From: an uncultured Gammaproteobacteria bacterium
GTDB taxonomy: Bacteria > Patescibacteriota > Microgenomatia > Levybacterales > UBA12049
Assembly (NCBI GenBank): GCA_964416445.1
Contig: CAYQEE010000002.1
Span: 42,691 to 106,690 of the forward strand
Length of the DNA: 64,000 nt
Direction: 5' to 3'
Part shown: positions 51,719 to 62,602 of the stretch, piece after piece
Layout: every line of letters begins with the position of its first letter
Numbering within the stretch: the stretch's first letter is position 1
Made by a program: the position numbers and the translations under genes
The notes under the pieces: model-generated
The model's input: the letters and a program-made list of their open reading frames with translations, nothing else
What the model was told of the DNA's origin: nothing
Database searches by the model: none

Positions 51719-52177
51719 TCATTTATAATATTGCTTAATTTGATATAACAAATAAAAAGCAGCTAATGATATTAGTATTCCTAAGAGTGATATGGATAGA
51801 ATTGATGATATGATACTAACTACATTACTCCAAAATAAAAGTTTCCATCCTTGATACACTCTTTTTTTTGTACCTGGAAATGATGCCAGCAATAAAATAT
51901 AAGTAATAAGGCCAAGTATACCACTGACAATTATTCCCGTTCCTCCCAAAAATGCAAAAGCAGGCAAAACAAATGGATAATATAACGTTAACAGACTATA
52001 TTTTATCGTTATACATAATCCTAAGATACCAAGAATTAACGTGATCCATGGAATAATATTGATTATTGCCTCTTTTGAGTTCTTTGAGAGAGGAGGAAGC
52101 ATTAAGAACCACTCTTCGAAAGAAGATTCCCAATTCTTAACTTTTTTTCTCTGTGAGCTATTTTTTGTAACTCCCAT
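51719..52177 (-). CDS. Hypothetical membrane protein
   Basis: Four hydrophobic helices, GW.LLF, Y.LYQIK.YYK end; GGAGGTGA SD. Confidence 0.7.
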   Translation of the reverse strand: MGVTKNSSQRKKVKNWESSFEEWFLMLPPLSKNSKEAIINIIPWITLILGILGLCITIKYSLLTLYYPFVLPAFAFLGGTGIIVSGILGLITYILLLASFPGTKKRVYQGWKLLFWSNVVSIISSILSISLLGILISLAAFYLLYQIKQYYK

Positions 52178-52276
52178 CTTTATTCACCTCCTTACCCTTT
52201 TATAAACGGAAAAAGTATTACTTCTTTAGTATGCAGGATATCAATGAAAAAAAACAAGTAATAATTTGCGGTTAAC

Positions 52277-53635
52277 TTATAAATCTAATCCTAACTGTGT
52301 TTTATCATCATGGGACTCCTTCTCATTAGATGGAACTTCATGCCATATTTTTACAGTTCCATAAACCCCATCAAAACCAGGTTTAATCATAATATTACCT
52401 TCTCTAACTTTTTGTATACCCTCTGCAATTTTTTCTCCAGCTACTTTCTTTATTTTTTTAAGTGGTGTATTTAGTAAAATATTTATTTCTGTATCTAGTT
52501 CATTGCACATTTTATTAAATAACGATTGAGCTTTTAAGCTACTTACTCGAGTTCCCACACCCTCTGCCACAATTTCCAAGAGTGGAACCATTTTTACAAA
52601 GGGTGGATGTTTTTTCTGAGGATCTATAAACCACGTCAATCCAGAAATATTTGGTTCTTTCTTACTCCGAGGATTTTCATTCGCAAGTTCTTGAACTCGA
52701 CGCATAACACCATCAGTAACTTTTCTTTTGCAAACTGGACAAATTCCATGGTGTACCTGTTGATCTTCAGGTGTCATGATAACATTACATTTTCTATGGC
52801 CAGAATAATGATACTTTCCTTCTTCAGGATAGAATTCAAAAGTATAAAGCACCTTGTTTTCAACTTTTTTTCCTTTACTTTTGAGATAGGGCTCCATCAC
52901 TGCTTCTCTAATAGCAGTATAACTAAAATTATTAAGAATAAAGATAGTTGCTTCCCGTCCCATTTTTGCTGGAGAATGGGCATCTGAGAAAGAAAGAATA
53001 GATCGTGTATTCAGCTCAGCAATTTGCCAATTCATTTCTGGATCGCTTGATAATCCTGTCTCTATGCCGTAAACATAATCGCTTAAGTCAGCGAAACCTT
53101 CTTGTAGTGATTGAAACCCTGAATTCATTCCATACAAACCAAACCAGGGAGTCCAGATATGACAAGGAATTAAAAGACACCTATCATCTATCCCTAATAC
53201 CATCTCTAATAGATCCCGAGAAGATAGACCAAGGATAGGTCTCCCATCCGAAGATATATTATAGCCTCTTTTCATCAATTCTTTATTAATCTTTTCTGCA
53301 GACTCAAAACTTGGACTCCACAGCAGATTATGTATTCTTCTTCCCTTTCCTGCTTGAGAATAAATATTAGAAACTTCCACTGATAGAAGAAATCGAGTAT
53401 TCTTCTGTTGTTCTGTTGGTTTTTTTATCTTGAAAATACCTTCTTCAGATTCAACAAGATTGGTACGCAGTTCTTGAAACCATTGAGGATGTGTCCAGTC
53501 TCCAGTAGCTAATAAATCTATCCCTTTCTGTTTAGCTACTTGGGCCATAGTAGAAATGACCATATTTTTTGAAACTGCCTGTGAATATTTTGAATGAAGA
53601 TGTAAATCAGCTATTACTTGCATATTGTACTCCAT
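52277..53635 (-). CDS. Endonuclease Q-family PHP-domain protein
   Basis: ADLHLHSKYS, TGDWTHP.W, HIWTPWF, ETGLSSD, FSDAHS, GKYH.SGHRKC...CPVC, PGFDGVYG. Confidence 0.88.
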   Translation of the reverse strand: MEYNMQVIADLHLHSKYSQAVSKNMVISTMAQVAKQKGIDLLATGDWTHPQWFQELRTNLVESEEGIFKIKKPTEQQKNTRFLLSVEVSNIYSQAGKGRRIHNLLWSPSFESAEKINKELMKRGYNISSDGRPILGLSSRDLLEMVLGIDDRCLLIPCHIWTPWFGLYGMNSGFQSLQEGFADLSDYVYGIETGLSSDPEMNWQIAELNTRSILSFSDAHSPAKMGREATIFILNNFSYTAIREAVMEPYLKSKGKKVENKVLYTFEFYPEEGKYHYSGHRKCNVIMTPEDQQVHHGICPVCKRKVTDGVMRRVQELANENPRSKKEPNISGLTWFIDPQKKHPPFVKMVPLLEIVAEGVGTRVSSLKAQSLFNKMCNELDTEINILLNTPLKKIKKVAGEKIAEGIQKVREGNIMIKPGFDGVYGTVKIWHEVPSNEKESHDDKTQLGLDL

Positions 53636-53685
53636 TCATGAAGTAGCACATGATTCACAAAGAAAAGTAAGCACTACAATACTAA

Positions 53686-55431
53686 TTATTTTTTTCCTTG
53701 GCTTTTATACATTTCAATCAATTCAGTAACTGTAGTTGCATCTTCTGCCTTTTTATCCTTATCTCGAAAAGAAACTAAACGAGGGAATCGCAACGCATAC
53801 CCAGCTTCAGCTCCATCTTTCCCCGCAGTATGAATTGGACTCCTAGTAATTTCATCTGCTAAAACTTCAATAACTATTCCAGGTTTTACCCATACCGAAG
53901 GAATAATAAGTGATTCTACTCTTGCAGGTTTATGATCAATTTCTAATCCTTTTGTTTTTACTTTAATACTCTGCCACTCTTCATCACTTAAACCGGTACC
54001 AATTTTAGAAACAGTTACGAAAGTATCTTTCTTCTTGTCATAGACACCTACGAGTAATGCACCTGCTCCAAACGCTGTCCGTTTTCCCTTTCCATAAATG
54101 TACCCTAAAACAACACAATCAATTGTATCTTTTAACTCACCTGTGGAATGACGTTTTAATTTAACCCAGTTAAAATTTCTCCCTCCTGCTTCGTATTTAC
54201 TTGATAACTTTTTTACGACAAGACCTTCAAGCCCCTTACTAATTGAATCTTCTAGCAAAAGCATAAGTTTTTTAGGATCATTTACCGTTTGGTTTTTTGC
54301 AGGAATAAGAGTTTCGGTAGGATGAATCGTATGTTTTAAAATTTCCAAACGTTCCGTAAGTGGTTTATCAATTAGCGACTCTCCATTTTTATATAAAATA
54401 TCAAAAACAAATGCTCTCAAGGGTAACTCTTTTGCAAGTTCTTCAATATTGTATTTCCGACGGCGTTTCGTTGTTTCTTGAAAAGGCAAAAATTCTTCCG
54501 ATGCTGGATTGTAAGCCATTGCTTCAGAATCAATAATTGCTGTATCTGCTTTAATCTCATTTCTCGCTCCTTCAATTAATTCAGGAAACATAGGAGTCAT
54601 ATTTTCAAGATTTCGAGAAAAAATAGAGATATGGTCGCCATTTTTATGAATTTGAGCTCTGAATCCATCATATTTTGACTGAACATCAACTTCGACCATT
54701 TTTTCAATTACTTTTTCCGGAGTCGGAAGACGCTCGCATAATTCCGATCGTATTGGCTTACCAACTTGCACGCGTAATGATTCAACTTCTTTGACTGCTT
54801 TTCGAGAATCTGCATGAAGCCAAAGTGTTTTACCGATAAGTCCTAAATCAGATGTTCTATTGTAAGCTGACTCGAGTAATTTCCTTTGAGACTTGTCGCC
54901 TAATTTAGCTTTTGCAAGCGCGTCAAGTATTGTTGGATCCCCTATTCCTAACCGTAAATTTCCTAAAGGTATTCTTACTAAATATTTAGCAGAAACAAAA
55001 TCTACTCGTTTTAATAAATTTGCGAAAGAATTGATTTTTTTCTCAATAGTACCGTCTCCACTCATTTTTGCTATCGCAGTAAGTATCTCTACTACTTCTT
55101 GAATCGTAATATTTGACGAGTTCTTTGAATGTGCGGCAAATTTCCCTACAGTTAATCCCATATCTCCAAGTTTGACGTATGTGTTCCAAACTTCTTCTGG
55201 CGATTCATTATAAGCAAGAGCAATTGCTTTAGCTACAGTCTTCTCAGCCATACCAATTTCCAGCGCTTCAAAGAAAGGTACAATTCTTCCTTGAACTAAA
55301 TAACAAATCTTTTCTACTTCTTCTGGTGATTTTACATGAGAAAATAATTTAGAAAGTATATCAATGAGAGCTAGTCGTGAAGATGTTTTTTCTAATTTTT
55401 CAAAATATTCTGAAAGTTTGGCAAATTGCAT
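53686..55431 (-). CDS. ATP-dependent DNA ligase (archaeal/LigI-like, with N-terminal DNA-binding domain)
   Basis: KYDGFR, EGLVVK, WVKLK, LRFPR; start placed at ATG 55431 after AAGGA. Confidence 0.93.
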   Translation of the reverse strand: MQFAKLSEYFEKLEKTSSRLALIDILSKLFSHVKSPEEVEKICYLVQGRIVPFFEALEIGMAEKTVAKAIALAYNESPEEVWNTYVKLGDMGLTVGKFAAHSKNSSNITIQEVVEILTAIAKMSGDGTIEKKINSFANLLKRVDFVSAKYLVRIPLGNLRLGIGDPTILDALAKAKLGDKSQRKLLESAYNRTSDLGLIGKTLWLHADSRKAVKEVESLRVQVGKPIRSELCERLPTPEKVIEKMVEVDVQSKYDGFRAQIHKNGDHISIFSRNLENMTPMFPELIEGARNEIKADTAIIDSEAMAYNPASEEFLPFQETTKRRRKYNIEELAKELPLRAFVFDILYKNGESLIDKPLTERLEILKHTIHPTETLIPAKNQTVNDPKKLMLLLEDSISKGLEGLVVKKLSSKYEAGGRNFNWVKLKRHSTGELKDTIDCVVLGYIYGKGKRTAFGAGALLVGVYDKKKDTFVTVSKIGTGLSDEEWQSIKVKTKGLEIDHKPARVESLIIPSVWVKPGIVIEVLADEITRSPIHTAGKDGAEAGYALRFPRLVSFRDKDKKAEDATTVTELIEMYKSQGKK

Positions 55432-55501
55432 AAGTTTATTTTCCTTTAATAACTTTGAGATGAACAATACTATACATGATCTTGAATGGTATATACAAGA
55501 A

Positions 55502-56554
55502 TTATGACATTACATACTTAACCCCTTTAGTTACTCCATGTTTTTTAATAATTCCTGCTTTGATTAATGCTTGAAGGTCTAATAAAACACTATCTTCAGA
55601 AATCATCGGAAATAATAGTCTAAAAGCTTTATTCTCCAAATAACCTATTTTTTGAATATATTCAATAATCTTCAACTGTCTTTCAGAAAGCATCAAAGGT
55701 TGACCGCCTAACTTCTCTTTCAATTTTACATCTACTGAGACGCTTTCAACCTTTTCTTTAATTTTTGTTAATTCTATTGCTAGTCCTTCAGTGAAGTAAC
55801 TAAGCCATTTGGTTAAATCTCCATCATGTCTTTCGACACTTTGTAAGCTTTCATAATATCGATTTGCATCCATATCAAAGTATTCTTCAAGAGAAAAAAA
55901 TTTCCGAATATCATATCCTTCTTCAAATAAAATAAGTGTGGAAAGTGCACGGGCAACTCTTCCATTGCCGTCAACAAAAGGATGAATACGAACTAATTCA
56001 TAATGAACAATACCACTCTTCAAAACAATATGAACTTCATTTTCACCCATTGTATTAATAAATTCTATTAAGTCAGTAATTTGAAGTGGTACTGCCAAAG
56101 CAAGAGGAGGCCGAAAAACAACATCCCCACTCATATTATTTTTTATAACCACTTGTGTACTACGATATACCCCACACGTCTCTGGAGGTAAAATCTTTTC
56201 CACGGTAAGTTTATGAAGGTATAACAGTAAATCTTCTGTAATCTTTTTTTCTTTACTTTCGCTTCTCCATTTTCCAATATACTCAATTACTTTACGATAA
56301 TTAATTACTTCTTGAATATCCCGTTCCCTAGCAACTACTGACTGTCCTAGAACTACTCTTTCAGCTTGGGATAGATCTAGCTCATTTCCTTCGATATGCG
56401 TACCATAATGTACCGATCGAATTAATGCTTCATTTTGAAACTTTTTTTCATAATATGGCAATAACGGAGCGTGCCTAATTACTTCTCGACATGCTTCTAT
56501 TATTCCTATGTTTCTTAATATATTATTGGTAATAGTAAACTTTGGAGTATACAT
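55502..56554 (-). CDS. Fic family protein with C-terminal HTH
   Basis: IHPFVDGNGRVAR Fic motif, THIEGN. Confidence 0.93.
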   Translation of the reverse strand: MYTPKFTITNNILRNIGIIEACREVIRHAPLLPYYEKKFQNEALIRSVHYGTHIEGNELDLSQAERVVLGQSVVARERDIQEVINYRKVIEYIGKWRSESKEKKITEDLLLYLHKLTVEKILPPETCGVYRSTQVVIKNNMSGDVVFRPPLALAVPLQITDLIEFINTMGENEVHIVLKSGIVHYELVRIHPFVDGNGRVARALSTLILFEEGYDIRKFFSLEEYFDMDANRYYESLQSVERHDGDLTKWLSYFTEGLAIELTKIKEKVESVSVDVKLKEKLGGQPLMLSERQLKIIEYIQKIGYLENKAFRLLFPMISEDSVLLDLQALIKAGIIKKHGVTKGVKYVMS

Positions 56555-56607
56555 AGTTTATAAATTATTTTGACTTTCCACAGATGAGTTTTTATAATTA
56601 TAACCCT

Positions 56608-56889
56608 ATGGTTACAAAAAAACAAAAAATAATTACAAAGAAAGCAAAAAGAAAGGTACTTCCTGTAGAAGTAGTACGTCAAATGCTGACATTGGCAACG
56701 AGTGGCTTTGGATTAGTTGCTGCACTTGCTTGGAATAATGTCATTCAAGAATTAGTTAATAACTATGTGAAAAAATTCTTACCAAGCGGCAGTGGCATTA
56801 TTTCTCTCTTGCTTTATGCTGTTGTCGTAACTTTCATTGCCGTATTAATCACTATGGAATTATCCCAATTTGTTGAAAAACTAGAATGA
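56608..56889 (+). CDS. DUF5654-like small membrane protein
   Basis: LATSGFGLVAALAWN; TTGACT (56570)-17 nt-TATAAT (56593) promoter favours ATG 56608. Confidence 0.8.
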   Translation: MVTKKQKIITKKAKRKVLPVEVVRQMLTLATSGFGLVAALAWNNVIQELVNNYVKKFLPSGSGIISLLLYAVVVTFIAVLITMELSQFVEKLE

Positions 56890-56905
56890 AGATGTCGCGA
56901 AAAGC

Positions 56906-57790
56906 TTATGATTCCTGAATCAGATATTGCTTCATTACTTTTGGAATATCATTAACAAGTTCAGTTGCATTAAAATAATACCCTACCTGTTCAAATAACC
57001 TTTCACCTGCCTTTTTATTAAAGAAGCTTGCTGCCTTGGCACTTAGAAAAGGTTCGTTTTTAGTATAGAGTGCAGCTGTTAATCCTGCTAAGACATCACC
57101 TGTTCCTCCCTTTGTCATTCCAGCATTTCCTCCCTTTATTACAACGCAATCATTGGTATGACAAACAATATCAGTTTCACCCTTTAATAAAAGGGTAGTT
57201 TTATACGTTAAAGCCATGTCACTCACATTTTCAGGTGTAGGTTCCAATGTGAACACTCGTTCAAATTCTTTAGGATGAGGAGTAAGAATTGCCTTACCAT
57301 TGAGAGGCAATAACCATTTTGGATGAAGCATTTGCAAAGCTCCAGCATCAATAACCCATTTTTTATATGGATATTTCTCTAAAAGATATTTTGTTAAAAA
57401 ATAAGATTGTTTTCCTTCATCTTTAAGTTGATTGATTTCAACCAAATGAGTAATAGACTCCGATTCTTTTATTTTCTCATCAGTTCTGACCATTCCAGGT
57501 CCAATAAGAATAGCATCTGCTTCGGAAATATAATCTTCTATATGCTCTCTGGGAATAATAATTCCATTTCTAAAATTCTTTTTGATCTCAAAGACTATTT
57601 TATTATTTTCTGGTACCGAAGCATAAAAAACCATATCAACTATTTTTGATGCTATTTCTAACGCCCATAGTGAGGCTGCATGAAATAAATTCGAACCTCC
57701 AATTATGAGTAATTTACCATTTTGTCCTTTATGAGAATCTGAAGTAGGCAGATAAAGGTTCGTGAGTTCTGATTGATTAAAAACTTTCAT
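56906..57790 (-). CDS. nnrD: NAD(P)H-hydrate dehydratase (YjeF C-terminal)
   Basis: SHKGQNGKLLIIGGS, IGPG, VIDAGAL, LTPHPKEF, GGTGDVLAG. Confidence 0.92.
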   Translation of the reverse strand: MKVFNQSELTNLYLPTSDSHKGQNGKLLIIGGSNLFHAASLWALEIASKIVDMVFYASVPENNKIVFEIKKNFRNGIIIPREHIEDYISEADAILIGPGMVRTDEKIKESESITHLVEINQLKDEGKQSYFLTKYLLEKYPYKKWVIDAGALQMLHPKWLLPLNGKAILTPHPKEFERVFTLEPTPENVSDMALTYKTTLLLKGETDIVCHTNDCVVIKGGNAGMTKGGTGDVLAGLTAALYTKNEPFLSAKAASFFNKKAGERLFEQVGYYFNATELVNDIPKVMKQYLIQES

Positions 57791-57841
57791 AAATTAGCAT
57801 AGTTCAATTATGAGAATATGATAGTTATCACACGACGCTTA

Positions 57842-58906
57842 TTACTTTCCTAATTCTATCACAGAACATTCTCCAAGTATTTTCATATTTATAAATTCCT
57901 TGTGGGTGGTTGTCATAATTACTTGTTGGCCAATAATTCGCTTCATTACCAGTTGAATATGTCTTTCGTCTAATTCTGAAAAAATATCATCTAGTACTAA
58001 TAATGGTTTTTGAGAAAGTACAGTTTCTGTGTAATTAATATGAAGCATTTTTAATTGTAAGATCACAAGCCTTTGTTGTCCTCGTGATCCATAATGCTGA
58101 ACATTATGCCATCTACCAATAGAATCCTTCATCTCAATGTAAAAATCATCTCTCTGAGGGCCTACAAGAGTCATGCCAGCATGAATTTCGGCATCTTTAT
58201 ATTGTAATAATCTTTCCTGAGAAATAGTACTCTCGTCATACGTAATCATAAAATCAATAATATCTTTTTTCGCGTTATTAATGAATGAGATAAATGACTC
58301 ACGCTTTTGTGTTAAATAATTACCGTTTGCAATGAGTAAATTATCCCAGTATTGAAATTGTTCCTCTCTTCGCATACCTGTCTCTTTTGCTAAATCTAAC
58401 AAGGCATTTCTTTGTCTCAATGCTTTTTCATAAACTCCCTTTGCAATACGATAATTCTTATCTGCTTGTTCTAAAATATCATCAAGAAAATTACGACGCA
58501 TTGATGGACCATCGACAATAATATCCAATTCTTCAGGACGAAATAGAACCACGGGAAGAAATCCAATAAAATTACTTCGCGTTCGAGATACTCCATTTAC
58601 CAGATATTTTTTGGTAAACCTCCCTCCCGTTGCTGTACCATTTGCAACCATAATTTCCAATGTATCAATTTGAGAATTATGATTTACTAATGCTTTAATC
58701 CACGCAACTTCCTGTTCAAATCGAATAATTTCTGTTTCTTTCTCCGCACGAAAACTTTTCCCAAGAGCAAGGAGCATGATAGATTCAACAAGATTCGTTT
58801 TTCCTGCGGTATTAGGACCAACAATTACGGTAATTGGAGTTGTAAATTCAAATACTTTTTGAGGATAACTTCGAAAGTTTTGGAGGGCAAGTTTCTCAAG
58901 CAACAT
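57842..58906 (-). CDS. recF: DNA replication and repair protein RecF
   Basis: NFRSY, GPNTAGKTNL.E, GPQRDD, GSRGQQR, LDDIFSELD. Confidence 0.93.
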   Translation of the reverse strand: MLLEKLALQNFRSYPQKVFEFTTPITVIVGPNTAGKTNLVESIMLLALGKSFRAEKETEIIRFEQEVAWIKALVNHNSQIDTLEIMVANGTATGGRFTKKYLVNGVSRTRSNFIGFLPVVLFRPEELDIIVDGPSMRRNFLDDILEQADKNYRIAKGVYEKALRQRNALLDLAKETGMRREEQFQYWDNLLIANGNYLTQKRESFISFINNAKKDIIDFMITYDESTISQERLLQYKDAEIHAGMTLVGPQRDDFYIEMKDSIGRWHNVQHYGSRGQQRLVILQLKMLHINYTETVLSQKPLLVLDDIFSELDERHIQLVMKRIIGQQVIMTTTHKEFINMKILGECSVIELGK

Positions 58907-59613
58907 TATTCAATGACAGTACCAACAAATTCCTTCCCTGCTAAATAATTTTCAACATTTGAGAAATCGTCCCCGCTCATAACAACAACTCTCACACCTA
59001 ATTCTTGCGCTTTTTTTGCAGCTATTGGATCAAATGGAGCGTGCATGCCTGGATCCCATGAATCTCCAACAAGTTCTCGGAGATGATCCCATGACATATG
59101 TTTGAAAGCCTTTGCATCAGGAAATTTTTTGGGATCTCTATCATAAACTTGTTTTATATTACTCAGATTAATAACTGTCTTCACATTATAGTCCTGGCAA
59201 AGCAAGATAGCATCATAATCGGTAGAACATCCAGGCTTCCAACCAGCAGCTACGATAACTTGTTCATTAACTTTTCGAATAATCTCATAATGTTTTAAAA
59301 CATATGGGTGGGCAATATCACGAAATATTGTTCGAACAAGATGGGCATTCAACTTAGTCGCATGAATACCTAACCAATCTAAGTCATCAAGGGTAAGCTC
59401 ATGCCCAACAACATCTCTCCCAGCATCACGATAGTGTCTCGCGAGAGCTCCTCCACCGATAACAAGGAAAAATTGTTTTTGTGAGTTTTTTTTTAATTGA
59501 TCTCGAATAAACGTATTTAATTCTTTAAGGAAATCAGTACTTATACCGCCATTAGGAACAACTAATGATCCTCCTATGGAAAAAATTATTTTTTCTTTAT
59601 ATCCAGTATTCAT
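58906..59613 (-). CDS. pyrH: UMP kinase (archaeal-type)
   Basis: SIGGSL, GGGALAR.Y, D.LGI.AT.LNA, PG.STD, PFDP.AA. Confidence 0.9.
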   Translation of the reverse strand: MNTGYKEKIIFSIGGSLVVPNGGISTDFLKELNTFIRDQLKKNSQKQFFLVIGGGALARHYRDAGRDVVGHELTLDDLDWLGIHATKLNAHLVRTIFRDIAHPYVLKHYEIIRKVNEQVIVAAGWKPGCSTDYDAILLCQDYNVKTVINLSNIKQVYDRDPKKFPDAKAFKHMSWDHLRELVGDSWDPGMHAPFDPIAAKKAQELGVRVVVMSGDDFSNVENYLAGKEFVGTVIE

Positions 59614-59674
59614 GAAATATAACCCCTATTGTAACGTAAAGGAAGAGACAAATGCAAGAAAATTCAATTAATTT

Positions 59675-60505
59675 TTACTTCTGACATTTCCCACAATAGT
59701 ATGTTCCCCGTCCTCCCAAAAAAAATTTTTGTATAATTTCACCGTCATACATACACGCTGTTCCCTTTTTACCATAAATTAATGTGTGATTTTGGTAATT
59801 TCCTTTTTCACCTAACACATTGACAAAATTACGTTCACTCGCCCCTCCTTCTTCCAATCCTTTTATTAAAACCGATTCAATAGCCTTAAGTAACTTACTT
59901 GCCTCTTTTTCAGACAGAGAATTAGCTTGTCTCTTTGGATGAATTTGTGCTAAGTAAAGTGCATCATTTGCATAGATATTCCCAATTCCTGCAATTGTAT
60001 TTTGATCCATAAGTACCAACTTAATAGCTGTTTTTGATTTCGAGATAATGTTCATGAATACTGGATATGTGAGGTTTTTCAGTGGTTCCGGCCCAAGTGT
60101 TTTAAAAAAGATTATAGTATCTATTTTGTTGGTTTTTACTACTTTTATCCAACCAAATCTCCTTTGGTCATTATAATAAAGCTTAGCATTTCTATCTAAG
60201 AGAAAGGTAATATGAGTATATTTTGTCGGTGGTTCATCCAAAAGAGAGATTGTTTTAATCTTGGGACTCTTATATATTAGCTGTCCTGTCATTTTGATAT
60301 GTATTGCTAAAGAATATCCATTATCCAAATCAACAATGAGTCCTTTTCCAAACCGACGTATTCGAAATATTGTTGCACTTTTTACCAGATAAGGATCTCC
60401 ATGAAACAGCTTTGTTTGTGTAATTATTATTTCACTAATTTTATGTCCAACAATATACGTTTCTAAACCTCTTCGAATTGTTTCCACTTCGGGTAATTCA
60501 GGCAT
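59675..60505 (-). CDS. mutM: Formamidopyrimidine-DNA glycosylase
   Basis: MPELPEVET, H.KMTG, D.RRFG, GIGNIYA, C-terminal zinc-finger-like GRGTYYC..CQ. Confidence 0.95.
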   Translation of the reverse strand: MPELPEVETIRRGLETYIVGHKISEIIITQTKLFHGDPYLVKSATIFRIRRFGKGLIVDLDNGYSLAIHIKMTGQLIYKSPKIKTISLLDEPPTKYTHITFLLDRNAKLYYNDQRRFGWIKVVKTNKIDTIIFFKTLGPEPLKNLTYPVFMNIISKSKTAIKLVLMDQNTIAGIGNIYANDALYLAQIHPKRQANSLSEKEASKLLKAIESVLIKGLEEGGASERNFVNVLGEKGNYQNHTLIYGKKGTACMYDGEIIQKFFLGGRGTYYCGKCQK

Positions 60506-60550
60506 GGTGGCATTGTATCATTCTTTTCCATGAGAAAATATTCATTTACT

Positions 60551-61672
60551 TTATCTCTGTTGTAAGTAGATAATATTCTTGATTTTTTCAGCAAATTTTT
60601 TACTTGAGAATTTTTCTGCCTGTTCTATACAATCTTGCGAACGTATTGTGCTCTTTTCAAATTGCGAAATGGCATTGTTCAGACTTTCTTCTGATAATTC
60701 ATGGAAAAATATACCTGTTTTACCAGCAATTACAGTTTCTTTAACACCTCCTGAATAATAAGCAATAACAGGAATACCTGCAGCCATTGCCTCAACCGGA
60801 ATAATACCAAAATCTTCATCTTCAGCTGCAAAGAAAAAAGCTTTTGCTTCTTTCATTAATTCAATTTTTTTGCTATCAGAAATTTCGCCTAAGAATTCCA
60901 CGGTGTTCCCGGCAATTCTATGTAATTCTTCTCCATATCCTGCAAAACCTTTTCCAAATACTTTTAACGGAATATTCTGTTTTGAACAAACTCGAACAAT
61001 AAGGTCAATATGCTTTGGTCTTGCTAGTCTTCCTCCTGCTAGATAAAAATTTCCATTACCTCGAGTTACCTGTTGCTGTGCAAATTGTTGAAGTTCTATC
61101 GGCGGATAAATTACTACCGCATCTTTTTTATAAAATTTTTTTATTCGTTCTGCAACATTTTTTGAATTTGCAATATATGTATCGACATTTTGAGATGCTT
61201 TGAAGTCAACAATTCGTAAGAAATGACTCATTAATAACAACCCGAACTTCATGAATGAATTTTTTTTCGTCTCTCGCGCTGTTGCATATCCATACAGGTA
61301 TCGCGGGGGTGTATGACAATAACAGATAAGGTTTGCAGATTTTTTATTTATACAATTTGGATTATATGCACCAGTAGCTGAAACGAGAATAATATTGAAA
61401 TGAGAGAAATTGAATTGTGAGAAAACAAATGGTGCTATTATTCGAAAAATACTAATAAATTTGTAACTGAATGGTACATATTGTAAAAACGAAGTTTTAA
61501 TTTTCCAGTTTTTAAATCGAGCTTTATGTGGTCCTAAAAAATTTGGAGCATACAGTAGCGTGTATACTGGCGCATCGGGGTACATCATATGAAGCTCTTC
61601 GAGTACTCTTTCCGCTCCGCCATATTCCTTAATATAATCGTGAACTAAAGCTATTTTTAATTGTTGAGACAT
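60551..61672 (-). CDS. Glycosyltransferase family 4
   Basis: HDY...GGAERVL, CHTPPRY, EDFGIIPVEAMAAG. Confidence 0.92.
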   Translation of the reverse strand: MSQQLKIALVHDYIKEYGGAERVLEELHMMYPDAPVYTLLYAPNFLGPHKARFKNWKIKTSFLQYVPFSYKFISIFRIIAPFVFSQFNFSHFNIILVSATGAYNPNCINKKSANLICYCHTPPRYLYGYATARETKKNSFMKFGLLLMSHFLRIVDFKASQNVDTYIANSKNVAERIKKFYKKDAVVIYPPIELQQFAQQQVTRGNGNFYLAGGRLARPKHIDLIVRVCSKQNIPLKVFGKGFAGYGEELHRIAGNTVEFLGEISDSKKIELMKEAKAFFFAAEDEDFGIIPVEAMAAGIPVIAYYSGGVKETVIAGKTGIFFHELSEESLNNAISQFEKSTIRSQDCIEQAEKFSSKKFAEKIKNIIYLQQR

Positions 61673-61676
61673 GGTA

Positions 61677-62513
61677 TTAAACACGCAAAAAAATTCCCTT
61701 TGATTTTTCTAAGAAATCATCATAATGATTCATTAACTTGCGTAATACGGAAGGAAATGAAGGGAAAACAAAATCATCAATTTGATGAATTGGTAAAATT
61801 TTTGCACTTGTACTAGTAAAAAAAGCTGCATCATATTCTTTTAACTGAGAAAGAGATATATCCCACTCTTCAATGGAAAAACCTTTTTCTTTAGCAACAG
61901 CAATGACTGTTTGCCTGGTTACTCCATCAAGAATAGTTTTTTTGGGAGCAGTATATAAAACACGATCTTTCATTGTAAAAAAATTTGTTCGGGTTCCTTC
62001 AAGTATGTTACCATGACGATTTAGCAACAGTGCATCATAACAGTTTTTATCTTTTGCTTTTTTATATGCCAAGTAGCTTGGTAACATGTTTAATGTTTTT
62101 GCATTTGGAAAAAGCCGTTCATACTGAATCGTAATTGACGTAACACCCTGCGCATAGAATTTTCTCTGAGGATAATATGGAGCTAATGGAAGCATAAATA
62201 ATTGTGCGTTATCCTTTTTTTCCCCTCCAATAAGGATTATTTTGATATTAAATGATTCTCCATACACTGTATCAACCAATTGTTGTAGATAAAATCCTAA
62301 AGTATCGATCTCATAAGGGTGGTCAAGTTCTATGATTTTTGCAGATTGTATAAGTCTTTCGAGATGTTGCTGTGAAAAATACACTATTCCATTTCGAACT
62401 TTAAGCGTTTCATAAACTCCAAAACCGTACTGATATTCTATGTTCGTTAAAGGAATCACTGATTGATCGAAGGAAAGTAAATTCCCGTTTTTTAGAAAAA
62501 AAGGATATGCCAT
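61677..62513 (-). CDS. Aminotransferase class IV (IlvE/PabC-like PLP enzyme)
   Basis: YGFGVYET, K.LN, EGTRTNFF, ILDGVTR, AFFTST; TATAAT 6 nt before ATG 62513. Confidence 0.88.
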   Translation of the reverse strand: MAYPFFLKNGNLLSFDQSVIPLTNIEYQYGFGVYETLKVRNGIVYFSQQHLERLIQSAKIIELDHPYEIDTLGFYLQQLVDTVYGESFNIKIILIGGEKKDNAQLFMLPLAPYYPQRKFYAQGVTSITIQYERLFPNAKTLNMLPSYLAYKKAKDKNCYDALLLNRHGNILEGTRTNFFTMKDRVLYTAPKKTILDGVTRQTVIAVAKEKGFSIEEWDISLSQLKEYDAAFFTSTSAKILPIHQIDDFVFPSFPSVLRKLMNHYDDFLEKSKGIFLRV

Positions 62514-62602
62514 AAACACATTATACTGCATTTACCATAAAGTTAGTCTTTAAGAATACTCTCAATTTCGTTCTTGCTTTTTTCTCAATTGCTTTGTACA
62601 AT

